IMG/VR virus record: IMGVR_UViG_3300033233_001970
Direction: 5' to 3' (one strand)
DNA from: a virus
Taxonomy: Duplodnaviria; Caudoviricetes
Length of the DNA: 64,000 nucleotides
A model generated the notes under the pieces. That model worked only from the letters and a program-made list of their open reading frames with translations, did not search any database and was not told the origin of the DNA. This document shows positions 30,312 through 41,252 of this stretch, one piece after another (position 1 is the stretch's first letter; the number at the start of each line of letters is the position of its first letter). Made by a program: the position numbers and the translations under genes.

Positions 30312-31519
30312 AACGCAGTCAAGAATGTGCACGTATCCTCGCGAAGAACGCGGGCGCCGTCGAGTGCCGTCGCAACCGCATGAGCGGCACCATCATTACG
30401 CTCTACGACGGAATCGCGGCCGGCATCGAGTCGGATCCGGAGCTACGCTGGTGTACCGTCTGCGAAGATCACTCGACACTCACCTGCCACTCGTCGCTTT
30501 CGCTCGCGCGCCGTCACATGGCAGTGCCGGAATGGTGCGAGGAGTGTCAGGCGATCATGGAGTCGAGGAAATCGAATCCGTACACACCCTCATCAACCGA
30601 TGAACAATACTTTGATTACAAAGTCATCCACTACCCTGTGTATTCGAGCGCCGGTCTGCGCAAACAAGGCTGGCGAGTAGAGGCGGCTCAGTTTACACCC
30701 GGTCAGCAGCCACATTTCTACTGGCCTGACGATCAAGGATTCGAGTTCGAGAAGCATTTAGATGCGATCGATCATGCCAAGTGGCGTGCCCAAGGTGCCG
30801 CTATTGCCGGTGATCATGCGCGCGTACTCGACGAAGCTGGGCGTTGTGTGGTTGCGTACAAACATCAACCACCTGACAACGCTATCGAAGTGTCTTGCGG
30901 CGCCGTTCGATCGAACCCCTGCACGCCAGGCTGGCCCGTCTACGAATTTCGTGTTCGTCAACGCGGTTCCGATCGCTGGTGCATTCAACTCATGACGCAG
31001 CTTCCTGGGCAAGCTCCACGGTTCGAAGAGTTCGGGTGTGGTTCCCTCGGTTTCATGTCGACGAGGGACTGGGCCATTGCCGGCGCAGAACAAGAAGCGT
31101 GGGAGCATTCGCGAAGAGAAGCTTCCAACCCGAACGCGGTGCTCGTTCGCGATGAGCGTGGACGGTGCGTACACGCGTTCGTGGGTGGTGAGCGCGTGGA
31201 GTGTCCTTCGTACCGAGCCAATCCGTACACGCCAAGCTGGCCGCGTTACGAGCTCAAGGTCGAAGCAGCCGAGAGCTACATCGACCGTCACCAGAGTCGC
31301 CGCATCGTATACAAATGGAAAATCACGATGCTCACGTGGACGCCCGAGGGAAAACCGAAATTTCAAGAAATAGGTTTTTCTGGCGATCTCGGTAAAGCCG
31401 AGAGAATCGCCTTTGACTACGCGAACAAACTTCACAGCAAAGAACCGCGCAACCCGAACGACATTCGCGTTTTCAACAATGCAGGCAAGTGCATTTTCTC
31501 GATTCAAGGAGCTTGCTGA
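30308..31519 (+). CDS. modular protein with 3 tandem NPYTP modules
   Basis: SNPYTP / SNPCTP / ANPYTP, each ending in V.(D/N)..G(R/K)C. Confidence 0.85.
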   Translation: MKRSQECARILAKNAGAVECRRNRMSGTIITLYDGIAAGIESDPELRWCTVCEDHSTLTCHSSLSLARRHMAVPEWCEECQAIMESRKSNPYTPSSTDEQYFDYKVIHYPVYSSAGLRKQGWRVEAAQFTPGQQPHFYWPDDQGFEFEKHLDAIDHAKWRAQGAAIAGDHARVLDEAGRCVVAYKHQPPDNAIEVSCGAVRSNPCTPGWPVYEFRVRQRGSDRWCIQLMTQLPGQAPRFEEFGCGSLGFMSTRDWAIAGAEQEAWEHSRREASNPNAVLVRDERGRCVHAFVGGERVECPSYRANPYTPSWPRYELKVEAAESYIDRHQSRRIVYKWKITMLTWTPEGKPKFQEIGFSGDLGKAERIAFDYANKLHSKEPRNPNDIRVFNNAGKCIFSIQGAC

Positions 31520-31989
31520 TGCCGCACGCGCTCACAGGTCGCAAATTCATCGTGACGTACCGCGTGCGATGCCTCGATGTGCACGGACACGGTCCCGATG
31601 AGTGCGGCTCCGAATACGGATGCCCTTGCGTCGGTATCGATCCGGCAACAGGAGAAGAAATCCACGATCCCGAGCAGTTCAACGACGGCGAATGCGATGC
31701 GGAGTACACGGTCAATAATTCGTACGACTGCGGCAGCATCGAGGTCGAAGCCGACGAAGAGGAGTACACGGGTGCGCGCGGAATGCAGATTTTCGCACAG
31801 CAAAATCCAGAATACGATGACATCGTTCGAGCGCTCGTGGATGGCGGATTTCTCAAACCCAACGTGAAACCCAATGACGTCACCATCGACGGCGAGAGCG
31901 ACGGATTGCTCATGATCGACGACGCGACCGACGGTGAACCGCTTTTTCAGCTCAATTGGGAGAGTTCCGTACTCGATACGGGAGATTGA
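31519..31989 (+). CDS. acidic hypothetical protein
   Basis: Coupled ORF. Confidence 0.7.
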   Translation: MPHALTGRKFIVTYRVRCLDVHGHGPDECGSEYGCPCVGIDPATGEEIHDPEQFNDGECDAEYTVNNSYDCGSIEVEADEEEYTGARGMQIFAQQNPEYDDIVRALVDGGFLKPNVKPNDVTIDGESDGLLMIDDATDGEPLFQLNWESSVLDTGD

Positions 31990-31992
31990 GCC

Positions 31993-32862
31993 GTGGCGTC
32001 AAAATTCAAATACGAACCATTTGTCCGTGTCGGCGCCATGTCGTCGGACGATGCACGCGATTTCGTGGTTCGTGAATTCGGAGTGGATCCTGCGCGGATC
32101 TATCTCATCAAGGACGGTGGCCCCGCCAATCCGGAACGCTACAAGCCTGGCGCAAGGGTATGGCACGTCTACATCGGCAAGAAACCCGTGGGCGGGCACC
32201 TGTACCGCGTGAAAGAGAACCCGCGTTACGAAAAAGGCTTCCCGATCGGCCATCATCAAATCATCGTGGACAAACTCGGCGTCGTCTACGACGGCCGCGA
32301 CGAGATCGAAGCGGGCGCCAAGTACGGCGAGTACATTGCGCTCTCGATGTCAGGCGACGGCTACCGCGTCATCTGGCTCGTTGATGGTGAGGTCGAGGAT
32401 CAGTACATTCCGGAGCTCGAGGAAGAGATCAAGCTCGCGTGGTGGGACGAACACATCAAGAAAAATCCGTACACGCCGCCGTCCTTGAAGTGGCCCGTCT
32501 ACGAGTACAAGATTTCACCCGCATGGGGCTACCGAGTCAAATCAGGAGATCCGGACGAGTGGCAAATCTGGGAGCTCGAAAAGCGCCCTGGAGAGCGCGC
32601 AAAAATACGAATCGTCGGCGGCGAGCAGCCGCGCTCCATCCATGGGAACCGAGAACCCTTGTGGAAGGTGAAACACAGAGCGATTGATCGAGCCATCGAT
32701 TTGGCCATTCGTCACGCGACGAACATGGATCCGCGAAATCCAAATCCCATCCGTATTCTCGACGAGAGCGGCCGATGTTACTCCGTCGTTCGGCCGGCGT
32801 ACCGTGGCGCCGCGACCATCGATGAGTGCGATCCTCCGGCACGACCAAACCCTTCGAAGTGA
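31993..32862 (+). CDS. modular NP-linked protein with C-terminal NPYTP module
   Basis: KENP and KKNPYTP linkers; RNPNPIRILDESGRC. Confidence 0.8.
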   Translation: MASKFKYEPFVRVGAMSSDDARDFVVREFGVDPARIYLIKDGGPANPERYKPGARVWHVYIGKKPVGGHLYRVKENPRYEKGFPIGHHQIIVDKLGVVYDGRDEIEAGAKYGEYIALSMSGDGYRVIWLVDGEVEDQYIPELEEEIKLAWWDEHIKKNPYTPPSLKWPVYEYKISPAWGYRVKSGDPDEWQIWELEKRPGERAKIRIVGGEQPRSIHGNREPLWKVKHRAIDRAIDLAIRHATNMDPRNPNPIRILDESGRCYSVVRPAYRGAATIDECDPPARPNPSK

Positions 32863-32871
32863 TTCTGTGTC

Positions 32872-34001
32872 ATGAGACCGAATCCCTACACGCCGCCGTC
32901 GCAGCTCTGGCCACGCTACGAGTTTCGACTGCGGCGGAGGTCGGAGCAAAACCGTGGCTCGTGGACGTCTGGCGCCTCGAGCGACGCTACGGCGAGCAAC
33001 CCAAGATGAAGCAGGTGAGTGTAGCGAATCGCGTGTACACGGTTGCCGTCGACGACGCCAATGATTGGGCGAAAATCCAATCGATGGCCGAGCCGAACAA
33101 TCCGAATCCGGTGCTCGTCATCGATATCCACGGAAGCTGCTACAGCGCGTTCATCAACGGCAAACGCACGCATTGCCCAGACGAGATGGTGCGGCGCAAC
33201 CCATACACATCCTCTTGGCCGATCTACGAGGTACGCATTCGCTACCACAAGCAACGAAATGCGTGGATTCCAGTCACCTACAAAAAGATGCCTGGTGAGA
33301 ATCCGAAGATCGAAGAAGATTTCATGGGGTATCACCAGCGCGGTCAGGCGCTCGAGGCGATCAAAAATTACGCGCACCTGCTCTCGAGACGCCCGTGGGA
33401 TCAATCGTGGGGATCGCCAAATGATCTGCGAAATCCAAATCCCGTTCGCGTCCTCGACGAGCATGGTCGCTGCGTCACGGCGTATCTTGCGGGCAAGGAG
33501 ATCGGCTGCCCGAACCCTGTTCCGCCCGAGCAAAGTAGTGGCATAAAATTGGGGCACATTCTTGCTGGTGGCGCCATTGCTGCGTTGGTATGGACGTTTC
33601 GGCAGAGCATCTTCGGATCGGACAATCCGTTGGCTCAGGTTGCCGGCCGCATTATCAGCCGCGACGCGCGCGCCGCTACGACCTACACGCGACTCGCTAC
33701 ACCCGAAATCGGCGGCGGCCTACACGGCGCCGGACGCTATCTCATCAGCGTAACGCCTTCAGGGTTCGAAACGCTGCGGTCGTACGCCGCAACCGTCCTC
33801 AGGAGCGACACGGGCGCTACCGTGATGGGTCCGTTCCAGGGATGGCGAGACGAAAACGACATGAACCACTTGTCCGAGTTTCAATCGGTGGGTGACGGAG
33901 ACGACGCCAGTCGCGCACGCATGACTGTCGTGCTCGGCATGCCGTACGGCTACGGCACGTTGCCGGACTCGATTGATCCGAAGGTTTGGCAGGTAAAGTA
34001 G
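32872..34001 (+). CDS. modular protein (2 NPYT modules + TM + C-domain) with a frameshift near 32950
   Basis: ATG 32872 gives MRPNPYTPPSQLWPRYEF; adding one A to AAAA at 32948-32951 joins it to the long ORF. Confidence 0.75.
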
Positions 34002-34003
34002 TG

Positions 34004-34939
34004 ATGTGGTGCGCGCCCAACCCGACCGGATATTGCTTCTACAAGAGCTGCGTGCAGTTTCACGGTCCTGAAGTCGAAGCCCTGAACGAGATGATTCGTG
34101 ACGCAAAAGAGATCTCGCGCCGCACGATGCTCAAATACGTCGATCTCCGACCCATCGCGCGAGAGCTCGGTTACGACGCGCATCCGTCGCAAGGACTCAC
34201 GATGGCCAAGGACTGGGCCATCTCGTACTACAAATCGACTTTCCGGGGCTGGCCGGCATTTTTCTTCGCCTGGTCTCACATCGAGCACATCTTCGTGCCC
34301 TGCGAAGCGCTCGAACAGTTTTCGCGGCAAGCGTACGTACCGAACCCTGCTCCCGTCTCGAGCCTTCCCGGAGACGTCGTCCAAGTCTTCGTCGAGCTCG
34401 GGAATGCCCAACGCGGCGCTCCTGAGGCGGCTATGGAGCGCGCGCAGCTCGCCATGGGCGGCGGCGTCATGAACGTCCTCATCGAGCACGTCGGCGACCT
34501 CACGCACCGCATGTCCCACATGGCTCGGCACGACTACGACGGGTACGGCGAGGTTCACGAGAAGCTCAATACGACGCTTTACTACCTTCGCAGCGACTAC
34601 GGCTTCGAACGCGAGATGTGGGAAAATTTCCAGAACAACGCACGCGCTCGAGGCGTGCCCTACGATGGCTACTGGAAACGCATTCGAGAAGCCTTAGCGG
34701 TCTATACCGAAGCTCACAGAAAGCTTCCTGCGTACAACGAGGCCCAGTGGCTCGCGCGCGAAGCCGCTATCGAGACAGGCGAGCTGCATTTCGATCTTGT
34801 CGAAAAGTACCTCAAGAAACTTCAGCGCATGCAGAAGACGCGCGAGATGTGGCACAAGGCAGCGTTCGCGTATGCGCGCGACACGGACGGAAGGCTTCTC
34901 GTGTCGAGGTGGCCGGAGGGTACGGTCCTTACGGATTAG
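34004..34939 (+). CDS. two-domain hypothetical protein with VPNP linker
   Basis: Long ORF; helical C-terminal half. Confidence 0.75.
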   Translation: MWCAPNPTGYCFYKSCVQFHGPEVEALNEMIRDAKEISRRTMLKYVDLRPIARELGYDAHPSQGLTMAKDWAISYYKSTFRGWPAFFFAWSHIEHIFVPCEALEQFSRQAYVPNPAPVSSLPGDVVQVFVELGNAQRGAPEAAMERAQLAMGGGVMNVLIEHVGDLTHRMSHMARHDYDGYGEVHEKLNTTLYYLRSDYGFEREMWENFQNNARARGVPYDGYWKRIREALAVYTEAHRKLPAYNEAQWLAREAAIETGELHFDLVEKYLKKLQRMQKTREMWHKAAFAYARDTDGRLLVSRWPEGTVLTD

Positions 34940-35291
34940 GATTTTTCTTCGAAGATTTTTTGGCCTTCGGCGGCGGATCAACCGGCGCTTCGACCGGCAA
35001 TTCAGCGGCGACTGCTTCGGGCTTCGGTTCTAGCATCGCTGCGCCCTTCGGCTCCGTTGTATCCTGCCCCTTCGGCAAAAACTGCTTTGCGTACTCATCC
35101 GGCACTTCCCGCGTCGTCCAGTGAAGCGGAACATCGAACGAGCGCGGGCCGAGCTGCCGCGATTTCTTCGCGGGGTAGAACTGCGTTCTTTCCTCACGAA
35201 GCGTGTCGCGCGCCAGCGCCTCGTCGGCCGCTGCCTGCGTGGGGAAGATGGTGTGGGTCGGCGATCCGTTGCAAACGAGCTCGATGAACAT
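34929..35291 (-). CDS. small protein downstream of a fibre gene
   Basis: GAGG RBS; CNG...F.TQAAA similar to 36720 and 39381. Confidence 0.65.
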   Translation of the reverse strand: MFIELVCNGSPTHTIFPTQAAADEALARDTLREERTQFYPAKKSRQLGPRSFDVPLHWTTREVPDEYAKQFLPKGQDTTEPKGAAMLEPKPEAVAAELPVEAPVDPPPKAKKSSKKNPNP

Positions 35292-35300
35292 GATGTCCTC

Positions 35301-36701
35301 TCAGGCCAGATCGCGAAGGATCGCGCCGTTTTCGCAGCCCACGGCGTACCCAGAGCCGGTGGGCCCAAAGATCAAATCGCCTAGCGCGAAGCCGCCAAGC
35401 GCGACGGGCGTATCGAGGTTCGCGGCCGTGATCGCTCGTTGAGATGGCGCTGCCGCCTTGTTTCCCGTGGCTACATCGATCGCAAAAGCCATGTCGCCCG
35501 CGTTGATCGGCCCGTTGGCTTCGATGTGTAGCGACGCGAGCAAAAACGTCTGCACGGCCGTGCGGTTGTACTGCCAGAAGAGCTTCGTCTCCGGGTACAC
35601 GAAGATACGGTCGCCCCACAGAACCGGAGGTCCGTAGTCGCCGTTCTGCACGCGGTAGTTGCCGCCTTGGCCTAGCGCACGGAATCCAACAACGAAGAAA
35701 TTTTCGAGACAGGCCAAGCTGAACGCGGTGTCACTTTGCAGATTGTTCGCGCCTTGAAGAAGTACATCCCCATCGAGGAAGAATGTGCCGCCTACGAAAG
35801 ACAGTATAGCCCCGCCTTCGTAGAATGGGATCGTTGTACCTATGCCGGAGCCGAAACCGCCACCGGGAGCGAAACAATTGGCCGCCGATCCCGCAGCGCC
35901 TTCCGCAGCACGCGGAAGATAAAAGTTGGCGAATGAACAGAACGCCGTCCAACAGATGCCGATGAATTGTTCGGCGAATGCTGGATCCCCGTGAAACGCC
36001 GCGTCCACGAAGACGAGCGCGCCTCCGAGCCCATTGACGGCCTGCGCAAACGCCATGTTCAGGCGACCCGGACGAAGCACGCGGTAGGTGTTGGTCGCGA
36101 CGGGATCAACTTGGGTGTTCGCAAAGATCGCGAACGGGTTGATCGGAGTCGGGTTGACGTTCTGGACGAGCGAGCAAATGACAGCGGTCGTTCCGCCCGC
36201 GCTCGCGCGAATGAAGGACTGTGCCGACAGCGTCGTGTCCTCGAAGATAAGCCCGACGTTCGTGTTGATATTGGGGCCGCTCACTGTCTGACGTCCCGCA
36301 ACACCGGCTGCGCGATTTTTCGGCGTCGCCGCCGTCAACATCCCGGACGCGACCACCGCCATCGGCATCGTCCACACGAGTGAGAAGAGCGCCACATCGA
36401 TCACAATCTCGTCTGTCGTTCCCTGCCCAGGAAGCTCTTCACTCAGGAACGTGACGGACATGGGAACCTGAATCGAGCCGTTCTTGGCGCCGATGCGCCG
36501 CAGGAGCTCAGCTTTCGTCAAGAGCGGCATGAGCGCGGTCGCGCCCGTGTTGCTGTCATTGGCAAGGCCGGAGACGTTCTGCGGATCAACGAACCACACA
36601 GGTTGCGAAAGAAAAAACGATGTTCCTCCTGAGCCGACGCTTGACGGAATCGGGTAGGTGGTCGCGGCAAAACCGACACGCTGGCTTCCTCGAAGAGTCA
36701 T
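35301..36701 (-). CDS. fibre/spike-like protein, leader family 2
   Basis: MTLRGSQRVGFAATTYPIP; WFVDPQN..G.ANDSNTG; Gly/Ala-rich. Confidence 0.6.
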   Translation of the reverse strand: MTLRGSQRVGFAATTYPIPSSVGSGGTSFFLSQPVWFVDPQNVSGLANDSNTGATALMPLLTKAELLRRIGAKNGSIQVPMSVTFLSEELPGQGTTDEIVIDVALFSLVWTMPMAVVASGMLTAATPKNRAAGVAGRQTVSGPNINTNVGLIFEDTTLSAQSFIRASAGGTTAVICSLVQNVNPTPINPFAIFANTQVDPVATNTYRVLRPGRLNMAFAQAVNGLGGALVFVDAAFHGDPAFAEQFIGICWTAFCSFANFYLPRAAEGAAGSAANCFAPGGGFGSGIGTTIPFYEGGAILSFVGGTFFLDGDVLLQGANNLQSDTAFSLACLENFFVVGFRALGQGGNYRVQNGDYGPPVLWGDRIFVYPETKLFWQYNRTAVQTFLLASLHIEANGPINAGDMAFAIDVATGNKAAAPSQRAITAANLDTPVALGGFALGDLIFGPTGSGYAVGCENGAILRDLA

Positions 36702-36719
36702 CGCGGCTCACTTTCTCGG

Positions 36720-37022
36720 CTAGGACTCGATCGTATACCAGGCGCGTACGACGTCTTCTTCGTTTGCTCCGCGAAGAAAAGCCGTAGGAACGGATACGGG
36801 ACACTGCTTCACCTGCTCATCAACAAACAGTTGTGCATCAGTGCTGTTGTCGAACGTGTCGACGAGATTTCCGTTGCACTTCACTTTCACCGAACGTGGC
36901 TTGATGGCTTGATAGTCGTTCTTGGCATGACCTTGCGCGACGCGAACAGCGATGAGCTTGGCTGCCGCAGCGGCATCGTCAGCGAACGCGTTGTGATGCC
37001 ATTGGTAGAGAATTTCGATCAC
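36720..37022 (-). CDS. small protein downstream of a fibre gene
   Basis: GAGGAG RBS; KCNGNLVDTFDNSTDAQLFVD. Confidence 0.65.
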   Translation of the reverse strand: MIEILYQWHHNAFADDAAAAAKLIAVRVAQGHAKNDYQAIKPRSVKVKCNGNLVDTFDNSTDAQLFVDEQVKQCPVSVPTAFLRGANEEDVVRAWYTIES

Positions 37023-37032
37023 AAGAATCTCC

Positions 37033-39381
37033 TCACGTCACGAAAAACTGGAGCACGTTACCCGTGGAGCCCGCAGCACCGCTTGCTGCTCCTCCGGTGC
37101 CGCCGGCACCGCCGCTGACATCAAGCCCAACGCCGTCAATCGCGATCTGCGGTCCGATGAGAACGATTGTGCCGCCTCCGCCGCCACCGCCACCGCCTGC
37201 ACCTGCGCCACCAATACCGCCAGCACCACCCTTAGCTTGAAAGATGCCGCCGAAAGCGGAGAGGATGCGTGCGGCGATCCACACAACACCTGCGCCGCCA
37301 CCGCCACCGCCGCCTGCGGCGATGGGGCCACCTCCGCCGCCACCTCCACCTGCGCCGCCTTGCAACGGTACGAGGGCGAGGGCCGGAGGTGCACCCGTGA
37401 TCTGAGGAACTGCCCAATGCGCAATCTCAGGGAGACCTCGCACGTCACCACCGCCTGTGACCGCAGTGTATGTTCCGCCGGCACCGGCCGCGCCTGCGCC
37501 AGCTCCGCCTGCGCCTCCAGTTGGAGCGGATACGGCGTGCGGAATGCCCTGCGTGACGTTCGTGCCGGCCGCGCCTGCTCCGCCGCCTGCCACTCCGCCC
37601 GCGCCTCCATTGGTTCCGCCCGCAAGCGAACCAGCCGGTGCGCCTGCGCCTGCGACGCTCGCAACAGCATTTGCGCCGTTGCAGAAGATGACGGACGCGG
37701 GCGTGATCTTCAACAAGAACTGGCCTGTGCAGCGTATACGGAACCCGTTGGTGTTCATCGTGGGACCGTTGCCGAAATCACAGTTCGTGTAGAAAACATC
37801 GCGCGTGAGTGTGTAATTGCCCGCTAGCAACGTCGAGCCTGCCGGCACGGCAATACCGTCGAACTGGGCAAAGCCATCGGAACCGTCACCAAACAATCCA
37901 GATCCACCGATGACCTGATCGATCTGACGGAATCCAGAGTTCGGCGTTGTGATGGGACCAAGATACGCGCCCGTCGCAGTATCGAAAATCGCGTTATTCG
38001 TGCTGAGCTGAGCAACGGTATAACCACCGCTAAAAATCGATGCCGAAAAACCAAGAAATGCGTTGTTTACGTTGTTGCCGACAACAAGCGGCGTCGTCGT
38101 CGCGAAGCCGAGCGACAACGTTGCTGGAGGTAGATAGTCGAAGTGTCCTCCGGGCTGAATGCTTATTGCGCGCCCAATCGTCGGTGCTGTAGTGCTCAAG
38201 AGACCGTATTGAACGGTTGCTCCATAGAAGATGCTTTTCTGTGTAACAGTTGCATCGGCGTCCACGAAGATGGCGTTTCCTTGAAGTGGAAACTCGCAAA
38301 ACAAGCCGACGGTACCAAGCGTCGCGCGACCTTTGACGATGAGTGCGCCCGCGTCATTGTTGAAGTTGCCAAAGCTGATGTAGAAGTCACCGTCGAGCGA
38401 ACCGTTCTCGTTGATGATCAGTCCACCGACGGAACCTCCGCCTAGAAAAGAGGGTTCAAACCTAGACGATCCCTGCGAACTGATTTCTGGTGCGCGCGTG
38501 AACCAACAATTGAGCGTGAGAGCGGCGACTCCACGAAATTGCATGTTCGTTCCGATTCGACATTCGGAGAACGCAATGAATCCAGTAGCATCGCTGTCGA
38601 TAATCGACGTGCCGAAGCTGCCGGTGAGAAAGTCCCATCCGTAGAAGACGACCTCGCCAAACTGATTAGGCACTCCCTGCGTGTACGTGTCGGCTCCGAA
38701 TACGGCGGTCGGCAACGTGAGAATTTGGTAACTGTCGCCCGCTTGTGGCGCAGCTCCGATAACCGGAACCGCGAAAAATGAGGGCGCCGCGAGCGCGTTG
38801 AAGTTTTGTGTGAGTCTGGCGTTCGAAACGCCAGCTACCGGATCGGTCGCCGGAATCCACTCGATGGTGCCGCGCGTGATGTTCTTCATCATACTGTTGA
38901 TGAAGGGCGTGTAGTTCGCGATGCCTGTACCCGTGATCGTCCACGGCTGCGCAGTTCCCTGACCGCGATTCAGTACATGCGTGATCGCCAAGATCGTGTC
39001 GGCAGCCGCAACCGTAGATGCCGGAGCCTTTATGATGAGTCCGCCCTGAACAAAAACATTGGCGAGAATACCAATCGGATCAGTGGTCGGCGGCGCGCTC
39101 GTAAACGTTACGGTGCAGACACCACCTGTCGGAATCATAGTAGGCTTGTTGCCGGCGACACCGCTCCAAATGGCGTAAAGCCTCGCCGCTGTCTTGACGG
39201 GGTTGCCGGGAAGGCCCGTTCCGGTGACATCATTGCCGTTGATCGGATCAACGACGAACGCAGGCGCGATGACAGGCGCTACCGATCCGCCTGATGATCC
39301 GCCAGACAGGGCAGCGTTCGCGCGAGCAATCGCGAGGTCGATCTCTGGACGACGAATACTTTCATCTCTATGACGAACCAT
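37033..39381 (-). CDS. fibre/spike-like protein with glycine-rich C-terminus, leader family 1
   Basis: RHRDESIRRPEIDLAIARAN; VDPINGND; FGDGSDG followed by GGGGGGG repeats. Confidence 0.7.
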   Translation of the reverse strand: MVRHRDESIRRPEIDLAIARANAALSGGSSGGSVAPVIAPAFVVDPINGNDVTGTGLPGNPVKTAARLYAIWSGVAGNKPTMIPTGGVCTVTFTSAPPTTDPIGILANVFVQGGLIIKAPASTVAAADTILAITHVLNRGQGTAQPWTITGTGIANYTPFINSMMKNITRGTIEWIPATDPVAGVSNARLTQNFNALAAPSFFAVPVIGAAPQAGDSYQILTLPTAVFGADTYTQGVPNQFGEVVFYGWDFLTGSFGTSIIDSDATGFIAFSECRIGTNMQFRGVAALTLNCWFTRAPEISSQGSSRFEPSFLGGGSVGGLIINENGSLDGDFYISFGNFNNDAGALIVKGRATLGTVGLFCEFPLQGNAIFVDADATVTQKSIFYGATVQYGLLSTTAPTIGRAISIQPGGHFDYLPPATLSLGFATTTPLVVGNNVNNAFLGFSASIFSGGYTVAQLSTNNAIFDTATGAYLGPITTPNSGFRQIDQVIGGSGLFGDGSDGFAQFDGIAVPAGSTLLAGNYTLTRDVFYTNCDFGNGPTMNTNGFRIRCTGQFLLKITPASVIFCNGANAVASVAGAGAPAGSLAGGTNGGAGGVAGGGAGAAGTNVTQGIPHAVSAPTGGAGGAGAGAAGAGGTYTAVTGGGDVRGLPEIAHWAVPQITGAPPALALVPLQGGAGGGGGGGGPIAAGGGGGGGAGVVWIAARILSAFGGIFQAKGGAGGIGGAGAGGGGGGGGGTIVLIGPQIAIDGVGLDVSGGAGGTGGAASGAAGSTGNVLQFFVT

Positions 39382-39566
39382 TAGCGAATCTCGTATCCTG
39401 CCCGCAGCGTCGCCTCAATTTGCGGATTGCGCGTGAAACGCACCGCCATCTGGACGGTCTTGTCGAGTACGCCATCGAGATATTTCTGCGCCTCCGCCTT
39501 CGTCGAGAAGTCGTTCGGTTTGCCGTCGGGGAGCTCGCAGAGCTGGTTATTACGGTAGATTTTCAT
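39381..39566 (-). CDS. small protein downstream of a fibre gene
   Basis: AAGGA RBS; YRNNQL...DFSTKAEAQKYLD. Confidence 0.6.
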   Translation of the reverse strand: MKIYRNNQLCELPDGKPNDFSTKAEAQKYLDGVLDKTVQMAVRFTRNPQIEATLRAGYEIR

Positions 39567-39575
39567 GATTGATCC

Positions 39576-41252
39576 TTAGTTCGCGATCATCCAGTCCACA
39601 TCGGCGCCGTTCGCGGCGTCTACGCCCGCGCCATTTAGCGCGGTGATCTTGAAACTGCCTGGGGTACCGATCACGCGATCGACGAAGAGTGCTGCGTAGC
39701 GTGTTGTCGCGGCAGCTCCGACGTCTGTTCGCTCGAAGCCAACGATCTTGCTGCTTGCCGTGATAATCGCAGAAATCGCAGGGGAAACACCTGCGACAAG
39801 CGTGGTAGTTCCTGCTTGAAGCGCAGGCGAGCCGCCACCGGGCCCATTCATACGATCCGTGGTTCCGTTGAGAAAAAGATTTGTATTAACCACAAGTCCG
39901 CCAGGGATTCCGGCTTGTGGCAGGTTCACGTTCGCGCCATCTGTTTGATTCACGCCGACGAAGCCGCCGCCGCTCTGCGCGAGCGAATTGATTCCGATGA
40001 CAGACGCATCGTAGGCGTTGATGACGGTGAACGCGCCGAGCGTGGTGGACGCGAATTGCGCGCCACCGCCACCGCTCGGGAAAATCTGCGAGGCGCGTAG
40101 CATGTCGATGACGGCGATCCCTGCTCCGCTCGACCGAATGAACGGAGCCGTGGCGCCAGCGCCGACGTTGCTCAAGCTCACGTTGTCGAAGATAAATGTG
40201 CGAATATCGATTACGTCGATCAGCGGAGTCGCGCCCGCACCAAACCAGTTGATACCGATGTCCGCGAACCCGATCGAAGCCGTGCCGGCGAACGTTACTC
40301 CGTTCGCGATCGAGAGCGTCGTGGTGATCCATCGATCGCCCTGAAAACGAACCGGATCCGCTCCGAGATTGTAGGCGCCTGGCGCGATCACGGGCGCGGC
40401 GCCTCGGAACTCGAAGGTGCGTGGTCCCTGAAACTGCGCCGCGAAGCCGACAGCCTGCGCGAACGTGTTGAATACATTTCCTCTCGGATCGAACACGGTC
40501 GAATCGATGACGATCGTGTTGACCGGCTTGCTCTCGGGGAAATAGTTGCCACCGGGTACGAGGCCGCCGACGATGCCTGGTTGCGTGAGGCTGATTGACG
40601 TGGACGGCGACGCGCTGTTGACGAAGAAGGTCACTCCGCTGAGAGCACCTGCGCCAATGAAGCTGTCACCGTACGCAAGCAACTGGATGAAGCCGAGCGC
40701 GTTATCGAACACGACGCCGCTCCCAAAACCGCCGGCTTGCGCAAGCTCGAACATGACGATTCCGATGAAGAACCCTGACGAGTTACGAATAAACGGCTGG
40801 CCCCCAAAAGTTGCTACGTTGCATGTCTCGAACGTGTAAAGGCTAAGCGGTTTGGCCGCGATACACGCTGTCGCAGTGCCGAGGTAGACGATTTGAAGAT
40901 CGAGCCCTCGCCAGAACCCGATCAACGTCGCGCCATCCGCGATCGTAGCTACAGTCCCGGCGTTCACTCCGAAAAACGTCACGTCTTCAATGGGACCGAA
41001 ATTCCAGACACCTGCCGGGATCACGCACGCCATAAACGTGTCATCGAATTCAACGATACGAGGCCCCTGAACGGCCGCAGCCGCCGCGACAAGCGCTGCC
41101 CAACTCGTGTAGACGTTTTTGAATGCTGCCCCGCCTGGACGAAATACAAACGTCGTCTGCTCGGCTGCTGCTGAAGATGCTGCGGAATTCGCTCGAGCTA
41201 TCGCGAGATCAATTTCCGGTCGGCGAATACTTTCGTCTCTGTGTCGGCGCAT
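39576..41252 (-). CDS. fibre/spike-like protein, leader family 1
   Basis: First ~100 aa closely match 12123-13280; internal duplication of the NV(Y/F).....QGPR domain. Confidence 0.65.
   Translation of the reverse strand: MRRHRDESIRRPEIDLAIARANSAASSAAAEQTTFVFRPGGAAFKNVYTSWAALVAAAAAVQGPRIVEFDDTFMACVIPAGVWNFGPIEDVTFFGVNAGTVATIADGATLIGFWRGLDLQIVYLGTATACIAAKPLSLYTFETCNVATFGGQPFIRNSSGFFIGIVMFELAQAGGFGSGVVFDNALGFIQLLAYGDSFIGAGALSGVTFFVNSASPSTSISLTQPGIVGGLVPGGNYFPESKPVNTIVIDSTVFDPRGNVFNTFAQAVGFAAQFQGPRTFEFRGAAPVIAPGAYNLGADPVRFQGDRWITTTLSIANGVTFAGTASIGFADIGINWFGAGATPLIDVIDIRTFIFDNVSLSNVGAGATAPFIRSSGAGIAVIDMLRASQIFPSGGGGAQFASTTLGAFTVINAYDASVIGINSLAQSGGGFVGVNQTDGANVNLPQAGIPGGLVVNTNLFLNGTTDRMNGPGGGSPALQAGTTTLVAGVSPAISAIITASSKIVGFERTDVGAAATTRYAALFVDRVIGTPGSFKITALNGAGVDAANGADVDWMIAN

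Noticed and set aside
29211-33520. Diversity-generating retroelement as the source of the NPYTP repeats
   Set aside because: No reverse transcriptase seen, and copies differ by indels and at all bases rather than at adenines only
37080-37660. GCC/CCG-rich repeats
   Set aside because: They encode the glycine-rich tail of the fibre gene; no repeat-spacer periodicity, so not CRISPR
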